Source: Myxococcota bacterium (GTDB lineage: Bacteria; Myxococcota; XYA12-FULL-58-9; JALHOP01). Taken from it: DNA of 54,626 nt. Positions 1 through 9,306 of this stretch are shown here, in pieces (position 1 is the stretch's first letter; every line of letters starts with the position of its first letter). A program made the position numbers and the translations under genes. Below the pieces are notes generated by a model that was given only the letters and a program-made list of their open reading frames with translations, was not told the DNA's origin and searched no databases. The stretch is from NCBI GenBank assembly GCA_041288095.1, contig JBGGMJ010000134.1, forward strand, positions 1-54,626, in the 5' to 3' direction.

Positions 1-2012
1 CGGGCGGCGGGCTGGCGGACGATGGCGCGCAGCAGCGTCGAGGGTGGCGGGTCGGTCATGACGTAGCCTGCGGCGATGCCGGTCGACGACCAGACCAGCG
101 GCCAGTTGCCGCCGGTGATCGTGACGTCGCCACCACTCGTATACATCTGCAGCGCCCGATAGCCATTAGGGCCCGAGCACTGCGTCGGCGCCAGCGGCAG
201 GTCTTCGTAGGTGTTGTTGCTCACGAAGCAGAAGGTGCCGGGGTTGATGCACACGACCGCGGTGCGGTCCGTGTCCACCGAGATGAGCTCGCCCGGCAGG
301 TCAGCGCATTGCTCGACGGTGTAGTTGCCGGGAACGGTGGTGTCGCCTAGCTCACTTGCGTCGAAGACGACGGCGCTCATGACGCGGATGTCGGTCGCGC
401 GCGGACTGTCGAAGTAGGCGTTGGTCGTCGTCTGATTGACGAGACCGACATAGATGTCCCCGAGGGTGATCGAACGGCTCGTGATCTCGGTGGCCATGCC
501 CTCCGGAATCATGCGCGTGCGTAGCACTCCGCCGGTGTCCGTCATCGCGGAACGCGGGATGAATACGCCGAAGCCGGCGTTGCCCGGCGTGGGACTCGAG
601 CCCGAGCCCGTCACATAAACGCCGTCGAAGGTGAGGGTTGCCGGGATGGCGAGCGTGCTGGCGAGCCCGTCGATGGTCTCGATGACGTTCGCCGGAATGT
701 CCGACGGCGCCGTCAGCGTCTCGCTCCAGGCTTGATTGAAGCGCAACGAGCTGGCCGTCACCGTAATCTCGCCGCCGGCATTCCAAAGCCCCAAGCCCGG
801 GGCCACGCCGCTCGGCGAATACGCGTCGCCGACGCGGTTGGCGCTGAACGCTTGGTTCGGTGTCGCAAGCTCGAACGCGGCGGGCCCGGGGGCGTTCGTG
901 AAGCTCGCGACGCCGTCGTAAACGACGCCTCCGTCGCGACTTTCGAGGATGTCCGAGATCTCGGACGCCGCCTGCAGGATATTGAACGCGACGCCCTTGG
1001 CGCCGCTCGCCACCATGACGCCGCCCTCGTTGACGACGCGCTGGGTCTCGCCGACGTTGACCTGGTCATCCTTGTTGTCTTCCGCCGCTCGCGGATCGCA
1101 GCGCATGGCCGAGCCCTCTTCGGCTTCGAACTCGACGGTGTTGTCGGGCCCGCCGCCGCTTTGCGAGCCGAGGATGACGTGCTCGAACCTGACGCTCACC
1201 GTGTAAATGCCGCCCTCGGTGGGGGCCATGCAGGTGAAGATCGGCCCCACGAGCGGGACGGTATCCGCTGGGCCGATGAACGTGACTGGGATCTCGGGAG
1301 AGACGGCGTAGGTCGCGGACGAGCGTTGGCTACCCGGGAAGCTGCGGACGTCGAGCTCCGCGGCGAGACTCTGGCCTACGATCTCGAACCCGTAGGCACC
1401 AGCGTCGGCGCTGGTCAGCGACACGTTTGGGAGGAAGGAGTCACCGACATGAGCGGGCCCGGCGGGGAAGCCCACGTTCAGCCCGAGGCCGGCGAAATTC
1501 GGGACGCCTCCCTCCTGGGCTTCGAACGCCGCGTGGAGGCTGAAGTGGCTGGCGCGCTCGGTGACCACCACGGTGTCGTCGGCGTGCGCGATCTTGGTCG
1601 AGCCCGCTATGATGCGCTGATTGGCGTCGTCCAGTGAGCCCGCTATAGCGAACGAGAGTCGTCCATCGCTTACGGCGGCGCTCGCCGGCAGGGTCCAGCT
1701 CAAGCTGGCCGGCGTGGTGAACGTGAGGCCGTCAGGGAGCAGCTCGATGACCGGACTCATGCGCTCAGGCACCCACGCGGGCACCTCGTCGTCCGGTAGC
1801 TGGCGAATCGTGATGGTCGTGTCGGCCGCCAGCGCGCCCGCCGGGATCTCCACCGTGAACGACCCATCTTCGAGGCTGATGCTGCCGCCCGCCGCGGCGT
1901 CGATCTCTTCGCTTACCGGGTTGGTTGGATCGGGCGGGTCGTCGTTCTTTTTGTCATCGCTGCAGGCAGCGGCGAGGAAGCAGAAAGCAGCGGCAACGGC
2001 GGCAATACGCAT
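1..2012 (-). CDS. Large lipoprotein with N-terminal ZU5-like domain (partial; runs off the left edge)
   Basis: Not in the ORF track because there is no stop in the window. Manual translation from ATG 2012: MRIAAVAAAFCFLAAAC-SDDKKND (lipobox), then GGSISLEDGSFTVEIPAGAL...IELLPDGLTFTTPA (ZU5-like). Same frame reads sensibly at the left edge; GGAG RBS upstream. Confidence 0.8.
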   Translation of the reverse strand, partial: MRIAAVAAAFCFLAAACSDDKKNDDPPDPTNPVSEEIDAAAGGSISLEDGSFTVEIPAGALAADTTITIRQLPDDEVPAWVPERMSPVIELLPDGLTFTTPASLSWTLPASAAVSDGRLSFAIAGSLDDANQRIIAGSTKIAHADDTVVVTERASHFSLHAAFEAQEGGVPNFAGLGLNVGFPAGPAHVGDSFLPNVSLTSADAGAYGFEIVGQSLAAELDVRSFPGSQRSSATYAVSPEIPVTFIGPADTVPLVGPIFTCMAPTEGGIYTVSVRFEHVILGSQSGGGPDNTVEFEAEEGSAMRCDPRAAEDNKDDQVNVGETQRVVNEGGVMVASGAKGVAFNILQAASEISDILESRDGGVVYDGVASFTNAPGPAAFELATPNQAFSANRVGDAYSPSGVAPGLGLWNAGGEITVTASSLRFNQAWSETLTAPSDIPANVIETIDGLASTLAIPATLTFDGVYVTGSGSSPTPGNAGFGVFIPRSAMTDTGGVLRTRMIPEGMATEITSRSITLGDIYVGLVNQTTTNAYFDSPRATDIRVMSAVVFDASELGDTTVPGNYTVEQCADLPGELISVDTDRTAVVCINPGTFCFVSNNTYEDLPLAPTQCSGPNGYRALQMYTSGGDVTITGGNWPLVWSSTGIAAGYVMTDPPPSTLLRAIVRQPAA

Positions 2013-2014
2013 GG

Positions 2015-2086
2015 AGTCTCCAGCAAAAGGCGCTGGAGACTAGCGTCTCGAGGGTTTTGGAGACAACCCGTCCATTTGGACGGGTT
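2015..2086. promoter_or_regulatory. Intergenic cluster of inverted repeats in the leader of the ZU5 lipoprotein gene
   Basis: AGTCTCCAGC(2015-2024)/GCTGGAGACT(2032-2041), GTCTC(2045-2049)/GAGAC(2060-2064), AACCCGTCCA(2065-2074)/TGGACGGGTT(2077-2086). Confidence 0.5.
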
Positions 2087-2094
2087 CTGGGAGC

Positions 2095-4416
2095 TCACGG
2101 CGTTTCAAAGGCGCCGATACTGAACGGCGCGTCGCGCTGTGTCCCGACGCGGTCGAACGCCGTGCCGTTGCACGGCTCCGCGACCTCGTGGACGCCACAG
2201 TCGGTGCCCGCCGGATCTTTTCCGCCGCTACGCAGCGTCGCTGTGGCCGCGGTCGAGAGCAGGCGGAAGTCGTCGTTCGGGTCGCCGTTCGCACCGTTCG
2301 GATCGACGAAGTACGTGGTCCAGGCAGAGGCGCCGGCGGCGGTGCCGTTCACGCGCCGGTGGTGGCAATCGCCCGACGGCGGACAGCCATCCGTGCGTGA
2401 CGGGGTGTTGTCGAGGGCGTTCACGGCGGTCGTCGTCGTAAGGGACGTCGCCGTCACCGGGAGATTGTAAAGCGTCGAGCACACGAGCATGGCGTTCGAC
2501 TCGAACGAGGCGATCTCGCTGCGGTAGTTTTCGCGCACGCAGATACCGGTCGCCGAGTGCGTCGCGAAGATGTTGTTACGCACGACATGGCGCTCGTAGT
2601 TGGAGTCGTCGAGGTAGAGGGCAAAGGAGCCCCCCGTGGCGTCGCCAGCAGCCAGGGTGTTGCCGACGAGCGTCGAGGCATAGCTGCGCAGGTAGACGCC
2701 CATGCTGGTCCCGGTCGTGGCGCCGAGTGAGCGGAAGACGCTGTCGCGTGCCACGACGCGTCCTTCCGACCCTGTCGAAAGCGCGTAGCTCTCGTCGACG
2801 CCGGCGCCGGCAATGGCGGTCGAGGCGTCGATGACCGCGACTGCATTGCTTACGACCGAGACTCCGAGCGCGACGTCGGCGGCACCGGCGCGGGCGAAGA
2901 CGTTGTTCAAGCGCAGCACGCCGACTGACGGGATGTTCTGGTCATTGACCAGGATGGCGATGCTCCGATCCGTACTCGGATTCGTGACCGCGCTCGTGTC
3001 GCTGATGACGATGTCGCACGGCGATGGCCCGGCGATTCTCACACCGGTGCTCGTGGGCGAGCCACCGGCGACAATCGTGAGATTCGTTGCGCGTGCGCAC
3101 CCTGTCTTGATGTCGAGTCCCGTGGTGCCGAGCGCGGCTGGGGCGTCGCTCGCGGTCAGTGTGAGATCTTCGAGACGCGGCCCCAAGCCCGAGACGCCGG
3201 TGATGCCGAGCGCTACCGCCGACCCATTCGGCTGTGCGTCCGCTGTAGCGGTGCAATTGCGTAATGTGAGCGTGTCGCTCACTTGGATGAGATCGACGGC
3301 CCGCACGAGGTTCGCCGCGGAGGCGACCCAGTCGAACCCGTCGACCGTTACCGGCTGCGTGACCCCGATGGCGCGCAGGGCCGTGCTCGTCGCGCTGACG
3401 CGCGTCGCGTTCCCGACCGGATCACGGGTCGCGAAGTCCGACGCCCAACCGCCGAGTAGATCCAGGGGACCACCGACGATCTCGACCGCTTCGTCGTAAC
3501 CCGCGGCGCGCGATGCGACTCGCACCGTCGGGGTCACGCCGACGCGCTCGGCATAGGCCAGCGCCACGCTCACGGCACCACCGATCGTGCGGAACGGTCG
3601 CGTCGGCGTACCATTTTGAATGGCCGAGCCATCGGAGCAACTCTCGGAGTCGCCGCAGCGGACGTAGACGATGTCGCCGAGCAGATCGAAGTCACGCACG
3701 ACGAACGCGTCGCCCGCGGCGCCCAGCCTGACGCGCCAATAGAGCGTGGTCGCCGATGGCAGCCCGGAGAGAGCAACGGAGACGGAGGGCGCCTCGATGC
3801 TGCGTGGGGTGCCGCCGACCAAGGTTTGGAAGTCCGCGGTGGTTGCGACCTCGACGACATAGGTCGTTGCGCCGGCGCGTGCCGTCCACGCGAACACGAC
3901 CGGGCCGTCCACCGCGAACAAGCGGGCGTGGTTCGTCGGGGCGACCGGGTCGGGAGGGCTGGGGTCGACGATGGGAGTAAAGCCTTGCACGTCGATGCTC
4001 GTCGGCGCGGCGAGCGAGTTACCGACTTCATCCGTCAACGGCGCGAGCTCCAACCTGTAGGCCAAGCCGGCGGTTTGGGGCGCCGTGAAAACGCGTAGAG
4101 ATCGGTGATCGCTGCTCCACACCTCGGCGGTGATGCCCAAGCTCGGCGTGATGGTCACGGCGCCCAGCGTCGGAGCCATGGGCTCGCTGAACAACACGGT
4201 GAGCTGCTCCCGGCCATCGCTGCCTGCCGAGGTGATGCTGGGTGGCTCGACGTCGAGGACCGACGTGCAGACCTGGGTGGTGGTCTGGCAGCGGTAGGGG
4301 TGCGGGCAGTCGGCGTCGCGCAGACAGCTGACGGTGAGGGCCTGCTCTTCGGTCAGCTCGAGGTTGGTCGAGCATGAGACGACGAGGCTGCTGGCGACGA
4401 GATACCGGAGTCTCAT
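2095..4416 (-). CDS. Lipoprotein with Cys-rich motif, Ig-like domain, FN3-like domain and right-handed beta-helix (pectin lyase-like)
   Basis: 773-aa ORF; lipobox LVVSC; C-x2-DADCP motif; LTVLFSEPM (Big_5-like); GTPTRPFRTI (DUF1565-like); VRNNIF beta-helix repeats. Confidence 0.75.
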   Translation of the reverse strand: MRLRYLVASSLVVSCSTNLELTEEQALTVSCLRDADCPHPYRCQTTTQVCTSVLDVEPPSITSAGSDGREQLTVLFSEPMAPTLGAVTITPSLGITAEVWSSDHRSLRVFTAPQTAGLAYRLELAPLTDEVGNSLAAPTSIDVQGFTPIVDPSPPDPVAPTNHARLFAVDGPVVFAWTARAGATTYVVEVATTADFQTLVGGTPRSIEAPSVSVALSGLPSATTLYWRVRLGAAGDAFVVRDFDLLGDIVYVRCGDSESCSDGSAIQNGTPTRPFRTIGGAVSVALAYAERVGVTPTVRVASRAAGYDEAVEIVGGPLDLLGGWASDFATRDPVGNATRVSATSTALRAIGVTQPVTVDGFDWVASAANLVRAVDLIQVSDTLTLRNCTATADAQPNGSAVALGITGVSGLGPRLEDLTLTASDAPAALGTTGLDIKTGCARATNLTIVAGGSPTSTGVRIAGPSPCDIVISDTSAVTNPSTDRSIAILVNDQNIPSVGVLRLNNVFARAGAADVALGVSVVSNAVAVIDASTAIAGAGVDESYALSTGSEGRVVARDSVFRSLGATTGTSMGVYLRSYASTLVGNTLAAGDATGGSFALYLDDSNYERHVVRNNIFATHSATGICVRENYRSEIASFESNAMLVCSTLYNLPVTATSLTTTTAVNALDNTPSRTDGCPPSGDCHHRRVNGTAAGASAWTTYFVDPNGANGDPNDDFRLLSTAATATLRSGGKDPAGTDCGVHEVAEPCNGTAFDRVGTQRDAPFSIGAFETP

Positions 4417-6755
4417 GGCGCCTCCACCGCGCCACGGGTCGGTGGTGCTCCGCGCGTCGCTCCCGCGAAGTCATCGTCGACGTCTCCGCACGCGACCGGC
4501 GCTTCGAGAGCGCCGCAATCGGTGCCGCTCGTGGACTTTCCTCCGCCGGCGTCCGCGGACGCGGACACGCTGGGGACAAAAGCCGCCGCGACGTCGAGGT
4601 GACCGTCGCTGCCAACACCGCTCGTGAAGAAGGCCGACGGTGTGATGCCCGAGACGACATTCGCGCCGTAGCGCGAATGCTGGCAGCCGCTGCAGGTCGC
4701 GGCGGCGATCTCGCCTCCGTTCAGCGCGTTGATCGCGGCGCCGGTCGTCAGAATCGCCGCGTCCGACTCGTTGCGGTACGGCGATCCACAACCAACGAGT
4801 GTGTTGCCTTCGAACGATGCCGGGTCGGTGATGAAGGCGCTCGACTGCTCGTTGATGCCGGTGCCGCCGTTGCCGCAGACGAAGAGGTTGTTGGTCACGA
4901 CCGGGCTGCCCGCGATCTGCACCATGGCGGTGGACGGCGCCCCGCTCACCACGGTGTTGTGAACCAAGGCGACGCGCGGAAGCCCGGTCATGTGGATCAG
5001 CGCGAGCCCCGTGGGGACGCTCCCATCGACGAGGATGAGATTGTTCACGAGCTCGGCGTCGAGGAGGCCGCCAGGATCGGTCAAGAAGACGGCAATAGAA
5101 GGGGCCGCGCATTCCGGGCAGCTGAGGCGGTTGTTGCGAACGCGCAGCGTCGTTGGCCCGAAGGGAAAGCTCCAGATCAATGGGCCGTGGTTGCCCGCCG
5201 GGATCTCGAGGATCGAGTCTTCGACATCGACCTCGCCGCCGGCGGCGAAGACCACGGCCGACAAGGTGCGTGGGCCGGCGCGCATCACCGCGTTGCGGGC
5301 GGTGAATCGCCCATCGTTGGTCACCGCGACCCCGATGCAGGCCTCATCGTCGGAGTCACCGCTCGGTGGCGCCACGTCGACCGAGCTTCCCGCATCGAGG
5401 GTCGCTGACGAGCCGACGTTCACGATGACGCCGGTCGAGGACGAGAGCGGGGCGCCCACGACGACCGAGCTCGCTTGGGTGAGATGCACCGTGCCGCTGC
5501 CCGCGGTGGTGACGGCGAGGCCGGTTGCCTTGTCGGGACCGGCCGCGGTCTCCAGCCGGCACGCCGAGAAGGTGACGCTGGCAGTCGCACCGTTGACGCT
5601 CGCGCTCGTGAGCTGCTGGGCGCCCGCGGGCACGCCCGGCGCCAGATCGGCGATGAAGTGCATGCCATCGATGGTCACCGGCGACGTGACCGCGCCGATG
5701 ACGAGCACCGTGCCGACCGCGCGCACGCTCGTCGGATTTGCCGCGACGCTGCGAGTCGCCGAGTCGAAGGACGCATCGAACCCGCCGCGTAGGGTCATGC
5801 CCCCGGGTGGCGCGACGATGTCGGTATAGCTCGCGGCACCGCGGCCGGCGACGGCGATGGTCGCGATGCCATCGGCGCGCGCCGAGGTGATAGCGCGCGC
5901 AACACTGCGGAAGGGAAAGGTACGGTCTCCGACTTCGCGACCGGCGCCCCCGGAGCAATCGGCGCCCATTGCACAGTAGACGTGCAAAGCGTCTTCGATG
6001 ACGCTGAATTCGCCGACGCCGAACGCGGCGGTCGTCGTGGTGTCGGCGCGGACGCGCCAGTAATAGGTGACCGGCGCGCTCGGCGTGAAGCGCGCGGAGG
6101 TCTGATCGCGGCCAGTCTCGAACGTGGTGACGGGCTGCGCGAAGTCGGACGTCGTCGCGATCTCGACGGTGTAGGCCGAAGCGCCACTGCGTGCGGTCCA
6201 TACCAGGTCGACGGGGCGGTGCTCGACACCGGCGATCACGCGACTCGCGTCGGGTGGCAGAAGCGTCTGCGGCGGGCTGTCGTCGGGAGCACCACCGAAC
6301 CCTCTGAAGAACGCCGTCGATCTCGTGTCCGCCATGGCGTTGCCTTGGGCGTCCGTCGCCGCGGACAGGTCGACGGTGTAGCCCACTCCGGGGAGCTGGG
6401 TCAGGGTCGAGATCGTCAACGTGAGTCCGTCGCCACTCGGGGTCACTCTCGTGACCGTGAGGCTCTCGCCGGCGAATGCCGTGGTGATGGCGATGGCATC
6501 TGGTTGCGGTGCTATCAGCTGCTCCGAGACAGCAACGACGATGGTCGCTGGGCTCGTCGCCGCGGCGCTCAGGACCTCCGGGGCTACATCGTCGCGCTCG
6601 CCGACGCAGGTACCGAGCGCCGTGCACACACGTCCATCAGGGCAGTCCGCGTCGAGCGCGCAAAGGATGACGACGCCCGGGGGTAGCTCGAGCTCGGCGC
6701 CGCAGGAGGCAACGAGGGCCGCGCAGACGGCGAGGCGTGCCGGGGTGGGACACAT
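4413..6755 (-). CDS. Paralogous beta-helix lipoprotein
   Basis: 780-aa ORF; lipobox LVASC; same domain order and motifs as 2095-4416 (DADCP, WTARSGA, PFRSV, GGK..G.DCG, GAVEAP); ATGA overlap with the downstream gene. Confidence 0.75.
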   Translation of the reverse strand: MCPTPARLAVCAALVASCGAELELPPGVVILCALDADCPDGRVCTALGTCVGERDDVAPEVLSAAATSPATIVVAVSEQLIAPQPDAIAITTAFAGESLTVTRVTPSGDGLTLTISTLTQLPGVGYTVDLSAATDAQGNAMADTRSTAFFRGFGGAPDDSPPQTLLPPDASRVIAGVEHRPVDLVWTARSGASAYTVEIATTSDFAQPVTTFETGRDQTSARFTPSAPVTYYWRVRADTTTTAAFGVGEFSVIEDALHVYCAMGADCSGGAGREVGDRTFPFRSVARAITSARADGIATIAVAGRGAASYTDIVAPPGGMTLRGGFDASFDSATRSVAANPTSVRAVGTVLVIGAVTSPVTIDGMHFIADLAPGVPAGAQQLTSASVNGATASVTFSACRLETAAGPDKATGLAVTTAGSGTVHLTQASSVVVGAPLSSSTGVIVNVGSSATLDAGSSVDVAPPSGDSDDEACIGVAVTNDGRFTARNAVMRAGPRTLSAVVFAAGGEVDVEDSILEIPAGNHGPLIWSFPFGPTTLRVRNNRLSCPECAAPSIAVFLTDPGGLLDAELVNNLILVDGSVPTGLALIHMTGLPRVALVHNTVVSGAPSTAMVQIAGSPVVTNNLFVCGNGGTGINEQSSAFITDPASFEGNTLVGCGSPYRNESDAAILTTGAAINALNGGEIAAATCSGCQHSRYGANVVSGITPSAFFTSGVGSDGHLDVAAAFVPSVSASADAGGGKSTSGTDCGALEAPVACGDVDDDFAGATRGAPPTRGAVEAP

Positions 6756-6833
6756 GGGTGAACGGAGCTTGGCTCAGCTCGGGTGCCCGTTCAAGCAAGC
6801 GCGCGGTGCGCTTTCGCGATAGGGTCGGCCCAC

Positions 6834-8312
6834 GTGTTTCGTTGTCTGCTCCTCATCGCAGCCTTCCTCGTCGCGGCGTGCGAACGGCCGGCGCCGGTCT
6901 CGAGCGGAACCTGGGTCGGTGGCTTCGAGCTCTCCGGCGAGCAGGTGGCGACGGAGCCCGGCATCTGGCTCGACTTCGATGGCGGACGAGCCCGGGTCGG
7001 TGAGGCCGACGCTTGGACCTCGGTCTTGCACCTCGAGAGGCGCGGCGACGTCCTCCACTTCGAAGTGGTGTTCAATGGAGCGGTCCACGTGTTCGACGCG
7101 CGTCGGGGCTCTTCGGATGTCATCGAGGGTGTCGTGGCATGTGGCGACACTGTCGGCGTGTTCCGTTTCGACCGCTTGGCGCCTTACGATGCAACCGAGT
7201 TTGCCCAGCAGGTCCAAGGCACCTACGTCACCGCTTCCAGATCCTTGCTGGTGACCTCGGAGCCCTCGATGGGTCGACTCTTCGATATCGACAGCGGCGC
7301 GACGCACGCGCTCCATCCCTTGGCCGACGGCACGTACCTCGTGGGCCCTGGGTTTGCTACCGCGTTTCCACGCGCGGGCCTCTTGCGGGCGAAGCGTGAT
7401 GCCGGGGGACGCGTCATCTCGCTCACGCTCGACACTGACGGAAAACACGAGACGGGGCACCTTCGCGACCCGGCGATGCAACATGTCCGCTTTAGTAGTC
7501 AAGGAGCGGAGCTGGCGGGCACTGTGTTGCTTGCCGAGGGCGCGGCATCGAGGCCGGGCGTCGTCTTCGTCCACGGCTCTGGACGAATCACGCGCGACGA
7601 CTGGTGGCAGCAAGCGATGGCGCGGGTGTTCTTGCGCGACGGCTTCGACGTGCTGCTCTACGACAAGCGCGGCGTCGGTGAATCGGGTGGCGAATACGTC
7701 GGCCGTGGCGCCAAGAATCAAAACAACGTCAGCCCCGAGAATCTCGAGCTTCTCGCCATGGACGCGAAAGCGGCCGTCGCGACTCTCGCGGCGCGACCAG
7801 GGGTCGACCCCAAGCGTGTTGGCTTGTTCGGCATCAGCCAAGCGGGTTGGATTATCCCTCTGGCCGCGTCGGCTTCGGACCGCGTCGCGTTCGTCGCGGA
7901 AGTCTCAGGTCCCGCCGTGTCGACGTTCCTCGAAGACGTCTACAGCAAGCTGCTCGCGGAAGACGGTGGAAGGCCGAGCCATCTAACGCCCGACGAGGCC
8001 GAGACCGTCCTTACTTGGGCACCCACGACCACGGGCTTCGACCCTGCTCCAGCGCTATCACGACTGCGTGTGCCCGCGTTGTTCGTCTATGGCGGGCGCG
8101 ACACGAGCATTCCACCCCGGGCATCGGCGCGGGTGCTGGGGCGGCTCGAACAGGACCACGACTTCGAGGTGGTGACGCTAGCGAACGCCGGCCACGAGAT
8201 GTTGGTCGTCGGGCGGGACACCGACGTGGAGCGCCGGCGGTCACCGGGTTTCGCCGGAGAGGGGCTTCTCGCCTTGCGTCAGTGGCTCAAAGCACATGTG
8301 CGCGAGCCCTAA
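6834..8312 (+). CDS. Alpha/beta hydrolase lipoprotein (S9/S15 peptidase-like)
   Basis: VFVHGSG, YDKRGVG, nucleophile elbow GISQAG, YGGRD, NAGHE; lipobox LVAAC after GTG 6834. Confidence 0.8.
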   Translation: MFRCLLLIAAFLVAACERPAPVSSGTWVGGFELSGEQVATEPGIWLDFDGGRARVGEADAWTSVLHLERRGDVLHFEVVFNGAVHVFDARRGSSDVIEGVVACGDTVGVFRFDRLAPYDATEFAQQVQGTYVTASRSLLVTSEPSMGRLFDIDSGATHALHPLADGTYLVGPGFATAFPRAGLLRAKRDAGGRVISLTLDTDGKHETGHLRDPAMQHVRFSSQGAELAGTVLLAEGAASRPGVVFVHGSGRITRDDWWQQAMARVFLRDGFDVLLYDKRGVGESGGEYVGRGAKNQNNVSPENLELLAMDAKAAVATLAARPGVDPKRVGLFGISQAGWIIPLAASASDRVAFVAEVSGPAVSTFLEDVYSKLLAEDGGRPSHLTPDEAETVLTWAPTTTGFDPAPALSRLRVPALFVYGGRDTSIPPRASARVLGRLEQDHDFEVVTLANAGHEMLVVGRDTDVERRRSPGFAGEGLLALRQWLKAHVREP

Positions 8313-8344
8313 CGCTCCCGTGACGTTCGTGAGGCGTTGGCCTC

Positions 8345-9253
8345 TCAGAACAGATCGTCCATCCGTGAGAGCAAGCGCTCGGCTTTGCGTTGCTCGACTT
8401 TGTTCTCCGCCGTGACCTCCGCGAGGGTGCTGGGATCCGCGCTCTTCACCTCGTTCAAGAGGCGCGTGAACAGCTCCTTGTCGTCTTGCTTGGTTGCGTA
8501 CATCTCGGCGTAGAGCACCTTCGTACCCAGGTAGCCGGGGGCGTTCTCGACCGCCTTGTCGAAGTGCTCCTTGGACTTGGTCATGTCGCCCCCCGCGAAC
8601 GAGGGTGCCTTGGCATAAAACGCGCCGAAGTAGCGGTGTGGCGCGGCGTGGAAGTAGGTCGGATCGAGCTCGAGCACGCGCTGCATCACCGCGAACAAGC
8701 GGTCCTTGTAGAACAGCTGCGTCGTGAACCCCTTTTCCGCGGCGAACTTGCCGAGGTTTGCGGCGTACCAGTAGACCGCGTCGAGGCCCTCGGGACCCAT
8801 CGCCTCGACCGCCTTTTCGACCTTCTCGCCGCCGCGCACGCGGGCCGCGAAAGCGGGCGAGATGGCCATCATGGCGCGCTCGCCGTAGTCGACCCCTTTC
8901 TCGAGGGTGGGCAGCATCGTGTCCTTCTCGTCGGCGAGACGCTTGTACCCGTCACCGAGCAGGTAATAAGCGCGCGACAACTTGGCGAGGATCGTGCCGC
9001 TCTCGGGCTCGGATCGCAGTGCCTCTTCCCAAAGAGCGATCGCCCTCTCGAGCTGGCCGCGGTCCTCGCGCTTCTCCCACGCTTCCGTGGCTTGGTCCTT
9101 GAGCGGTGTTGCCTGGTCGGCTTGCGCCTCACCCGCGCCATCGGCGCGTTGTTGCTTGGCGCTCGACTCCTTCTCCCAAGCGGCTTGCCGGCCCGGACCG
9201 CAGGCCGCTGTCAGCATGACCAAGACCAACACTGCGGGACGACTACACTCCAT
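8345..9253 (-). CDS. TRAP transporter TatT-family TPR lipoprotein
   Basis: ATG 9253 with GGAGA RBS; lipobox LTAAC; LELDPTYFHAAPHRYFGAFYAKAPSFAGGD and ENKVEQRKAERLL resemble TatT; last gene of the TRAP operon. Confidence 0.8.
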   Translation of the reverse strand: MECSRPAVLVLVMLTAACGPGRQAAWEKESSAKQQRADGAGEAQADQATPLKDQATEAWEKREDRGQLERAIALWEEALRSEPESGTILAKLSRAYYLLGDGYKRLADEKDTMLPTLEKGVDYGERAMMAISPAFAARVRGGEKVEKAVEAMGPEGLDAVYWYAANLGKFAAEKGFTTQLFYKDRLFAVMQRVLELDPTYFHAAPHRYFGAFYAKAPSFAGGDMTKSKEHFDKAVENAPGYLGTKVLYAEMYATKQDDKELFTRLLNEVKSADPSTLAEVTAENKVEQRKAERLLSRMDDLF

Positions 9254-9306
9254 GGACCTATCTCCAGTATTCAGTTTTGCCGGTGTATCGGCGGGTCGCG
9301 CGCGGA

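Noticed and set aside
2113..2120. GCCGATAC box (also GTCGATAC copies inside other genes)
   Set aside because: Inside a coding region, antisense, with no GCAA -35; shows that the -10 alone occurs by chance, so lone boxes were not counted as promoters.
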